This document shows positions 8,020 to 15,904 of a stretch of DNA of 34,093 nucleotides, one piece after another. The position numbers were made by a program, and so were the translations under genes. The stretch's first letter is position 1, and each line of letters opens with the position of its first letter. The notes beneath the pieces are model-generated. The model was not told where the DNA came from. It made no database searches and was given only the letters and a program-made list of their open reading frames with translations. This DNA comes from an uncultured archaeon (GTDB lineage Archaea; Thermoplasmatota; Penumbrarchaeia; JASLWR01): positions 1-34,093 of the forward strand of contig CAYSHM010000029.1 of NCBI GenBank assembly GCA_964430885.1. Direction: 5' to 3'.

Positions 8020-9681
8020 GTGAATCCGGATATAGAAGAAGAAAATAGAAAGGAAGGTTACGACGATTGGTTGTTACCCGAGGAAACCCGTGAAATGCTG
8101 GTTGAGATGTTCCAAGAACTCAAAGACGATGTCAATCTGGAAGTCTTTTTGAACGATGACAACGAGGATCCTTTCAATCAACTGACCTATCAATTCACAA
8201 GGGACCTGGCTAGGATATCTGAAAAGATAAAGGTCAATGTAAATGACCTGAAAGGCGGAAGTGCAGAGAAATTCCATGTCGAGAGGGGCCCTTCCGTTCT
8301 GATATCTCCTGAAAAATACAGCATAAGGTTCACCGGAGCACCTGCCGGCGAGGAGGGGAAATCATTTCTGAAGGGATTGATACTTGCCTCCACTGGCGAT
8401 AGTGAACTAGAGGTGGCCCAGAGGAAACTGCTGGCCGAACTCAATGAAAAGCGCCAGGCAATGATATTCGTTACTCCGGGATGTCCATACTGTCCGGGTC
8501 AAGTGGTGAATGCCTTCAGAGCTGCAGTAGAAAGACCTGACCTTGTAAAGGCAGAGTGTATTGAGGCCAGCGGGAACATTGACCTGGCAAGGAAATATAA
8601 TGTGGGTGCGGTACCCCATACCGTGATCAATGGAATCACCACCAGCAGAGGACTTGAACCGGAAGATAGATTCATAGAGGAACTTATAACACTTGAGCTC
8701 GAGGAAGACATGAAAAAAGCTAAAGCAAAGCCTTCCCTCAAGGTTCCGGAATCAGGGACCGAAGATGTAGAACTGGTCATCATAGGAGCCGGACCTGCAG
8801 GAATCACTGCGGGAATATATGCAGTGAGGAGCGGAATGAAAGCGGTCATTATTGAAAAGGACAATGTGGGCGGACAGGTGGCCCTGACCCCCGTTGTAGA
8901 AAATTATCCCGGCTTCAAGAACATACCTGGGAAAAACCTCATGGACATATTGAAAGCCCAAGCCCTAGACTATGTTCCCATTCTTGAGAATGAGGGTATT
9001 GAGGAGATCAAAGTGGGTAAAAGGATAGAGGTAATCTCATCCAAGAGACGGTTCCTTTGCGATTCCGTGATCGTGGCCACTGGAGCAGAGCATAGAAAAC
9101 TGGGAGTAAAGGGTGAAGAGCGTTTATCGGGACGCGGGGTCTCCTACTGCGCTACCTGCGATGGTTATCTTTACAGGGGCAAAAAGGTCCTTGTAGTAGG
9201 CGGCGGTGATTCCGCCCTGACTGACTCGCTATACCTGAACAGCCTTGGGGCCAAGGTGCGTATTGTCCATAGACGCGACGAGCTGAGGGGCCAATCCTAT
9301 CTAAGAGAATCAATAGAGAGGGAGAACATACCTGTTATTTGGAATAGTGTGGTGAAACGCATAGGAGGTAAGGATAAGGTTAAGGGAATTGAACTTGAGG
9401 ACACTTCCAGCGGTGCAATCAAGAAGATGTCCGTAGATGCAGTATTCATCTCAGTTGGGTACAATCCCAATAGCCAACTGCTCCAAGATATCGGAGTAAA
9501 GGTCAATGAATACGGTTTTGTCCAAGTTGGTAGAAGATGTCGGACCAATATACCCCGCATCTATGCTGCCGGTGACATCACCGGAGGTGTCAGACAGATC
9601 GTGACAGCGGTCAGCGAAGGGGCTACCGCTGCACTTTCCGCATATGAGAACCTGCATAATCCTTACTGGAAATCCCGCTGA
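8020..9681 (+). CDS. Thioredoxin reductase fused to an N-terminal protein-disulfide oxidoreductase (AhpF-like architecture)
   Basis: N-terminal tandem Trx folds (GAPAGEE, CPYC, GAVP); C-terminal TrxR with GAGPAG, CATCDG, GGGDSA, HRR and AAGD; GGAGG RBS. Confidence 0.92.
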   Translation: MNPDIEEENRKEGYDDWLLPEETREMLVEMFQELKDDVNLEVFLNDDNEDPFNQLTYQFTRDLARISEKIKVNVNDLKGGSAEKFHVERGPSVLISPEKYSIRFTGAPAGEEGKSFLKGLILASTGDSELEVAQRKLLAELNEKRQAMIFVTPGCPYCPGQVVNAFRAAVERPDLVKAECIEASGNIDLARKYNVGAVPHTVINGITTSRGLEPEDRFIEELITLELEEDMKKAKAKPSLKVPESGTEDVELVIIGAGPAGITAGIYAVRSGMKAVIIEKDNVGGQVALTPVVENYPGFKNIPGKNLMDILKAQALDYVPILENEGIEEIKVGKRIEVISSKRRFLCDSVIVATGAEHRKLGVKGEERLSGRGVSYCATCDGYLYRGKKVLVVGGGDSALTDSLYLNSLGAKVRIVHRRDELRGQSYLRESIERENIPVIWNSVVKRIGGKDKVKGIELEDTSSGAIKKMSVDAVFISVGYNPNSQLLQDIGVKVNEYGFVQVGRRCRTNIPRIYAAGDITGGVRQIVTAVSEGATAALSAYENLHNPYWKSR

Positions 9682-9684
9682 TGT

Positions 9685-10512
9685 TTACTTCTTTTCCACA
9701 ATATGAAGGTCCATCTGGGGATAGGGTATCTTGATGTCTGTTCGGTCATAGGATTCCTTCAGACTCTTCTTCATCTCAAAGAACACATCCCAGTAATCAG
9801 CGGTCTTGACCCAGGGTCTTACAACCAGCTTAACAGCCGATTCACCCATCTCCTTTACAGCGACCTGAGGCTCGGGTTTTTTCAGCACCTTTTTATGGGT
9901 GTTAAGAAGGTGCATTGTAACGGTCATGACCTTGTTCAGGTCCGCCTTATAGGACACTCCTACTTCCATATCCACTCTTCTCATGTTGTTCCGGGTATAA
10001 TTGATGATATTTGCACTCCATACCAGTTTATTGGGTATTATGATATGCTTATTGTCCGGCGTATCCATCTCGGTTGTATTGATTCCCACAATCTTTATTG
10101 ATCCTTCCACACCGTTCACGCTTACATAATCATCCTTCTTGAAAGGCTTGGTTACGGAGATCATGAACCCTGCGGCGATGTTGGACAGAGTTCCCTCCAG
10201 AGCAAATCCCAATACAAAACCTAAAACCACTGATATGCTCACCAATGCAGCACCAAGATTCACACCCAAGAAGGCCAAAGCTATACCAAAAACGAATATA
10301 TAGAGCAGTACTCTCAGCACCTTTGTGGTAAACTTGATAAGTATCTCATCCACACCGCTCTTCTTCATTGTCTTGGTCAACGATAAAGAGATCAGTTTAA
10401 CAATAAGTATACCTATGATCAGCACAATACAGAACATAAATATGTTCCATATGCTGACACCTACAACGGGTAGTTCTTCCGTCAATTCATAACCTAATAT
10501 TTCGGCAGCCAT
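9685..10512 (-). CDS. mscS: Small-conductance mechanosensitive channel
   Basis: Three TM helices, LSNIAAG, IIIPN, INYT, RRVD and IPYPQ. Start placed at ATG 10512 (GTGA RBS). Confidence 0.93.
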   Translation of the reverse strand: MAAEILGYELTEELPVVGVSIWNIFMFCIVLIIGILIVKLISLSLTKTMKKSGVDEILIKFTTKVLRVLLYIFVFGIALAFLGVNLGAALVSISVVLGFVLGFALEGTLSNIAAGFMISVTKPFKKDDYVSVNGVEGSIKIVGINTTEMDTPDNKHIIIPNKLVWSANIINYTRNNMRRVDMEVGVSYKADLNKVMTVTMHLLNTHKKVLKKPEPQVAVKEMGESAVKLVVRPWVKTADYWDVFFEMKKSLKESYDRTDIKIPYPQMDLHIVEKK

Positions 10513-10655
10513 TTTATCACAATACAACCTATAAAATCAATATTATTTAAGAATTCCCATAAGGCAACCCGAATAGAATAGAGTAAAATAAAATGGGGAA
10601 TTAAATCAATAAACAAACTGTAAATCGGGGGTGTATTAAGGGCGCCTAGGTAAAC

Positions 10656-11324
10656 CTAACAAACAAATATCTTCACCGCATCCAAAGTAACATCTACCTC
10701 TGCTTCTTCAAGTTCCTCGCCATTCTTGTAGATATAACCCTGAGAATCCAGAAGATATACGCTCCCTTCATGAACGGATATTGAGCGGGCGCCCATTGAG
10801 GTTTCGATCTCACCATCTTCGTACTCTGCACCGTTCTTGTAGACATACCCTTCTGAATCGAGAATATATATGTCGTCTCCTTCGACTGAAAGGTCCACCG
10901 CTTCGATAGCGGTTTCGGGCACCCTCGATTCATCTGAAACACCATTAACGTACAAATAGCCCTCGCTATCCAGTATATAGATCTGATCGCCAATGACATC
11001 AAGGGCTGCAGCATCAATTGTGATTTCAGGACATCGGGATTCATCTGAAATTCCGTTAATATAAAGATATCCCTGACTATCCAAAATATAGACAACTCCG
11101 TCAACAACTTTCATTGCTACAGCTTCCAAAGATATATCGGATTCGCCTTCCTCAAATTCTTCTCCATTCTTGTATACATAACCCTCGGAATCCAGAATGT
11201 ATAGGTCATCACCCTCTACACATATGTCTTTGGCTGAGATAGATACTTCGGGTACTCGATCATCTTCTTCGCCATTTCGGTAAACATAACCTTCGGTTTC
11301 CAATAAATAAACTGTTTCATCCAT
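10656..11324 (-). CDS. Highly acidic six-repeat protein, predicted beta-propeller
   Basis: Six ~37-aa repeats with core YILDS(E/Q)GY(V/L)YxNG; GGTGA RBS overlapping the upstream stop. Confidence 0.85.
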   Translation of the reverse strand: MDETVYLLETEGYVYRNGEEDDRVPEVSISAKDICVEGDDLYILDSEGYVYKNGEEFEEGESDISLEAVAMKVVDGVVYILDSQGYLYINGISDESRCPEITIDAAALDVIGDQIYILDSEGYLYVNGVSDESRVPETAIEAVDLSVEGDDIYILDSEGYVYKNGAEYEDGEIETSMGARSISVHEGSVYLLDSQGYIYKNGEELEEAEVDVTLDAVKIFVC

Positions 11325-11329
11325 GATTA

Positions 11330-11803
11330 TCACCATTTTCGCTTTATTTCTTTTTCCAATTTCCTAATGAAAAGCTCCACCGACTGCTCTAATATTCTCA
11401 CCATATCGCAGTATTTTGCATGAGGATAACCATATGGGTCCTCAACCTCCTGGCCCTTTGTTCCATATGCCCAGTCCATATAGAGATGAGTATTGCTGTG
11501 AACTGAAACATCCAGAAGGCCCTCCATCTCATAAACCCCCATGGGAAGTATCAGGTCCTGTTCACTGATGAGCGCAGGGGTAACTATCTTGGACCTATGC
11601 TCCATAACATCATCGATCCCCATATCTTCGGAAAGTATGGTGCGAACATGCCTTGACGCAGGATTCCCGGGATTGATCAGACCCGCCGAATCAACCAAAA
11701 CCTTACCATCCAAAGGGTGACCTTTTAGACCTTCTTTTAACAAATATTCAGCTGCGGGAGACCGGCAGATATTGCCGAGACAAGTGATCAGAATTTTGAA
11801 CAA
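11330..11803 (-). CDS. Low molecular weight protein-tyrosine phosphatase
   Basis: P-loop CLGNICRS, DSAG and DPY general-acid motif; TTG start after AGGTG. Confidence 0.92.
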   Translation of the reverse strand: MFKILITCLGNICRSPAAEYLLKEGLKGHPLDGKVLVDSAGLINPGNPASRHVRTILSEDMGIDDVMEHRSKIVTPALISEQDLILPMGVYEMEGLLDVSVHSNTHLYMDWAYGTKGQEVEDPYGYPHAKYCDMVRILEQSVELFIRKLEKEIKRKW

Positions 11804-11850
11804 TATAACACCTTGGTCTTTTAAGTAAAAATATCGGTAATTGCATTAGT

Positions 11851-12213
11851 CTATTTCCCTGCATTATCCTAAATCCTGAATTTCACAATCCACTCAATAA
11901 GCTCAAGGGGAAGAGATTCATTAAGGGGAAACTTCATGCTCCCTTTAGAGTAAGTATAATCCGACAATTGATCTTCAAATTTCTCTATACCTATAGAAGT
12001 CAGACAGGAACCCAAATGGTTCTTAGAGGCTGGGGAATAGACCAACGGTACGTTGAGCTTGAAGGCCGGAATACAATAACTGAAAAGCTCATTGGTGAAC
12101 ATATCTTTAACCATTTGACGAAATCCATTTATTATAATTCTCGTGAAGTCATTTTAATGTACAAAATCTAATAGGACTTCCGTAATTTCAAACGCCTTTT
12201 TCTTAGAATCCAT
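11851..12213 (-). pseudogene. Decayed DUF1801/YdhG-like (iron chaperone family) gene
   Basis: GGTGA RBS and ATG 12213 are in frame with SYCIPAFKL...KNHLG...SKGSMKFPLNESLPLELIEWIVKFR. There is an in-frame TAA at codon 20 and a premature TAG at 11869, plus many degenerate residues. Confidence 0.75.
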
Positions 12214-12290
12214 TTTTTAATTCACCTGTTTTATTAATAATGAACCCCATTTATTACGCTGTAATAATTATTATCGACGGTAGGAAAATC

Positions 12291-14504
12291 ATGGAACAAT
12301 ATATGAAAAAAATCAACATAGGCATCTCGGGCATGACCTGCGCCAAATGCGCATTGAATGTGGAAAAAGGCCTGAATTCCCTCAGGGGTGTGGAAAAAGT
12401 TAGTGTTAATCTTGCCGATGAATCGGCAGCTATTGTTTATGATAACTCTATTACCAACAAGACAAATATCAATGATGCAGTCCGAAAGGCGGGATACCGA
12501 CCCTTTGAACCCGAAGAGGAAGCAAGTGAGGAAGAAAACCGTAAAAGAGAACTTAAGAATAAGGTCATAAGGTTCTCCTTAGGATTCGCTTTGGCCGGAC
12601 CAATTATGCTCATAATGTACTTGATGAAGCTTGACCTTGTGATGATATCCAGAGTTAACATATTTCACTATATACTGTTTGGACTGGCCACACCCGTCTT
12701 CATATATATAAGCGCACCTATATTCAGTTCGGGCTTCAGATCTCTCCGGAACCGATCACTCAACATGGAAGTAATGTATTCAATGGGCATAGGTATCGCC
12801 TATGTCTCCAGTGTATTGGGCACCTTTGATCTATTCCTCAATGAGAATTTCATTTTTTACGATACATCCCTAATGTTGGCGTCATTCCTAATCCTGGGAA
12901 AATTCCTGGAAGCAAGAGCAAAGGGTAGAACCTCAAGGTCCATAAAGAAGTTAATGGGGCTTAGACCCGATTCTGCAAATATAATTGTGGATGGAAAGGT
13001 GAAAACAGTTCCTCTGGATATTGTAAATCCGGGTGACATTCTCGAAATCAGACCAGGTGATCGTGTTCCGGTTGACGGGAAGATAACAAAGGGAGAAGGA
13101 CTTGTTGATGAATCCATGATAACCGGCGAACCCATATCAGTCAGGAGAACCATTGGTGATAGTCTGATTGGAGGAACCATTAACAAGAACAGTATTCTTA
13201 GATTCAAAGCCACCAAAGTTGGCAATGATACAGTACTTTCAAGAATAATCGCTTTGGTGAAGGAAGCCCAGGGCAGCAAACCTCCGGTCCAGCGCCTGGC
13301 AGATAGGGTGGTTGCTTATTTCATACCTGTGATACTGGCAATAGCTATACTATCCTCAATTGCCTGGTACACTTACGATGGCTCACTGATCTTCTCCACC
13401 ACGGTTCTGATAAGCGTACTGGTTGTTGCCTGCCCTTGTGCTTTGGGATTGGCTACTCCCACAGCTGTGACCGTGGGAATTGGAAGAGCCGCCCAACTCG
13501 GAATCCTGATAAAAAGAGGTGAAATACTGGAAGTCGCCCCAAATTTGGATACAGTTGTATTTGATAAGACCGGAACATTGACCCAGGGTCATCCAAAAGT
13601 GATCAAGGTAATACCTTACGGCACACGAAAAAAGGACCTGCTTCTTTATGCCGGAAGTCTTGAAAAGAATTCCAACCATCCTCTTGCTGAAGCGGTTGTG
13701 AAAGCTGCTGAAAAATCCGGTCATAAATTACTTGATGTACACAATTTTAATTCGATCGAAGGAAAAGGAGTCGAAGGACAGATAGGAAATAAAAATGTCA
13801 TTGTGGGGAAACTGGGATTTCTCAATGAGAAGGGATTAACAGCGGAAAAAGAATATTTGGACGGATTAGGAAATGAATCTTCACAAAGCACTATAGTTTT
13901 TGTTGGTATGAACAACAGATTCATAGGCGCACTGGCCATTAGAGATAAGGAGAAAGAAAACTCGCACCAGGCAGTTAAAACCCTGAAGGACATGGGTTTA
14001 GAAGTGATAATGATAACCGGCGATTCTCAACAAACGGCAGAGAATATTGCAGAGATCCTCGGCATAGAAAAGGTGATCGCTGGTGTACTGCCTGAGGAAA
14101 AAGCGAAGGAAGTAAAGAAACTGCAGGCAGAGGGAAAAAAGGTAGCCTTTGTGGGAGACGGTATTAACGACGCTCCGGCCCTGGCACAAGCGGATGTCGG
14201 TATAGCTATTGGTGGAGGAACTGACGTAGCAGTGGAAAGCGGGGGCATCGTGCTCATGAAAGATGATCCTATAGATGTAGCCAGATCCCTCCTGATCAGC
14301 AAAAAGGTCATGGGCAGAATAAAGCAGAACCTCTTCTGGGCATTTGCCTATAATAGTGCTTTGGTACCCCTGGCTGCAGGTGGGTTGACCATATTCACGG
14401 ACCTCACATTCCCGCCTGAACTTGCAGGAGGGGCAATGGCCCTTTCATCTGTCACGGTGATCTCGCTATCATTGATGCTGAAAAAGTATGAACCGAAGTT
14501 GTGA
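12291..14504 (+). CDS. copA: Copper-translocating P1B-type ATPase
   Basis: GMTCAKC metal-binding domain, TGE, CPC, DKTGT, HP, GDGINDAP, YN and MALSS (P1B-1 signatures). Start uncertain (12291 or 12303). Confidence 0.95.
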   Translation: MEQYMKKINIGISGMTCAKCALNVEKGLNSLRGVEKVSVNLADESAAIVYDNSITNKTNINDAVRKAGYRPFEPEEEASEEENRKRELKNKVIRFSLGFALAGPIMLIMYLMKLDLVMISRVNIFHYILFGLATPVFIYISAPIFSSGFRSLRNRSLNMEVMYSMGIGIAYVSSVLGTFDLFLNENFIFYDTSLMLASFLILGKFLEARAKGRTSRSIKKLMGLRPDSANIIVDGKVKTVPLDIVNPGDILEIRPGDRVPVDGKITKGEGLVDESMITGEPISVRRTIGDSLIGGTINKNSILRFKATKVGNDTVLSRIIALVKEAQGSKPPVQRLADRVVAYFIPVILAIAILSSIAWYTYDGSLIFSTTVLISVLVVACPCALGLATPTAVTVGIGRAAQLGILIKRGEILEVAPNLDTVVFDKTGTLTQGHPKVIKVIPYGTRKKDLLLYAGSLEKNSNHPLAEAVVKAAEKSGHKLLDVHNFNSIEGKGVEGQIGNKNVIVGKLGFLNEKGLTAEKEYLDGLGNESSQSTIVFVGMNNRFIGALAIRDKEKENSHQAVKTLKDMGLEVIMITGDSQQTAENIAEILGIEKVIAGVLPEEKAKEVKKLQAEGKKVAFVGDGINDAPALAQADVGIAIGGGTDVAVESGGIVLMKDDPIDVARSLLISKKVMGRIKQNLFWAFAYNSALVPLAAGGLTIFTDLTFPPELAGGAMALSSVTVISLSLMLKKYEPKL

Positions 14505-14658
14505 ATTATCAATAAACCACAATAGTATTGCTCGAGCGTTTAGGTTATTTCCTTATCCATTAACTTCAATAGATAATAGCAAAATTGTGAAATAACATTA
14601 ATCATTCCATTGATTTTATCCAAATAACTTAAGACAAGCACTTTAATGAGGATTTTTC

Positions 14659-15246
14659 ATGATCGATAGTCAATATTCCAACGCCAACGATGTTTTCAAA
14701 GGAGACCTATTCAGAGTACAGGAAAAAGTGCTCACTATTGGAAAGAAATATTTCATATACCGGGGACAGGAGCAGGTTGGATTCTGCAAACAGAAGATGT
14801 TCAAACTCAAAGAGGATATCAGGATATACACTGACGAGAACATGGACCGGGAACTCATGAAGATCAAGCAGGAGCAGGTTCTGGATTTCTCGGGTTCTTT
14901 TCAGGTCATTGATTCAGCTACAAATGAACTCCTTGGAATCCTGAAACGGAAGGGTTTAAAATCCATCATAGTTGATGAATGGCACATATTCAACAGCAAC
15001 AGGGAGCAGATTGGAAAAATAAAGGAAGATAGCGTAATAATGGGAATAATAAGGCGGAAGTTACCCTTCATACCCAACGAACTGTATATCAGACATCATG
15101 GTTCCAAGATAGCGGTGATCAAGGAGCATTTCAAGATTTGGGGTAATAAATACGACCTTTTCATCAACAACGACCAGAAAATGACTCTGGATCGAAGGCT
15201 CGCAGTTGCCGTCCTTCTTATGATGGCACTGTTCGAATCCAAGTGA
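14659..15246 (+). CDS. LURP-one/scramblase (tubby C-terminal-like) family protein
   Basis: KQKMFKLKEDIRIYTD, LDFSGSFQVID and DRRLAVA patterns. Confidence 0.75.
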   Translation: MIDSQYSNANDVFKGDLFRVQEKVLTIGKKYFIYRGQEQVGFCKQKMFKLKEDIRIYTDENMDRELMKIKQEQVLDFSGSFQVIDSATNELLGILKRKGLKSIIVDEWHIFNSNREQIGKIKEDSVIMGIIRRKLPFIPNELYIRHHGSKIAVIKEHFKIWGNKYDLFINNDQKMTLDRRLAVAVLLMMALFESK

Positions 15247-15350
15247 ACAGGTGATTGTTCGAAATTAAACATATTCGTGTCTGTTTTCTAACATTTATTT
15301 TTCAACTATAGTTTAATATAATATTTTCCAACTTACCATTTCTCGATATC

Positions 15351-15848
15351 ATGACAAAAGCATTGATCCTTTTCGCTACAAAATACGGCAACACCCAGGA
15401 GATCGCTGAGAAGTTGGCAATGGAGCTGGGTGTGCAGTATATGAATATCCTCAATATTAAAGACAAGTCAGAACTTGAACCCTACGACACATTGATCATC
15501 GGGACTCCCATCTATAATGATGATATCTATGATGACATGAGGTATTTCATTAATACATTCAAAGAGGAAATTACCGGGAAAAGCCTGATCCTCTATACTG
15601 TCCACGGTGCGGTAAAGGGATTTCTGGACACCAACTATACCAATAAATTCGCGAAATATTTCATCAATGAACCAATTTTACTATTCGGCCTGTGGGGACG
15701 GGCAACAATTTCCATGTTATCGGAGAAGGATCTTAAAATGCTGAAGAACTTCTATAGATTCAGACTCGGTGCAGAGTTTGAGGATTTCGACCATACATAT
15801 CTGAACAACCTGGAAAAGGTAGCACGAACAATTAAACAAGTCCTATAA
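15351..15848 (+). CDS. Flavodoxin-domain protein (HemG-like flavodoxin family)
   Basis: ATKYGNTQEIAE phosphate-binding loop and YDTLIIGTPIY. Confidence 0.85.
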   Translation: MTKALILFATKYGNTQEIAEKLAMELGVQYMNILNIKDKSELEPYDTLIIGTPIYNDDIYDDMRYFINTFKEEITGKSLILYTVHGAVKGFLDTNYTNKFAKYFINEPILLFGLWGRATISMLSEKDLKMLKNFYRFRLGAEFEDFDHTYLNNLEKVARTIKQVL

Positions 15849-15849
15849 G

Positions 15850-15899
15850 CGGTGTGTTCAAACTCCTTCACGCCGATGAAATACACTGAGGGTGTATTT
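15850..15899. terminator. Tandem hairpins between convergent genes
   Basis: cggtgtg...cacgccg and AAATACAC-tgagg-GTGTATTT lie between the flavodoxin and PLD stops. Confidence 0.35.
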
Positions 15900-15904
15900 T
15901 ATTC

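Noticed and set aside
10656-11324. Regularly spaced ~111-nt DNA repeats that might suggest a CRISPR array
   Set aside because: The repeats are degenerate at synonymous positions and in frame, so they are protein repeats; no cas genes are present.
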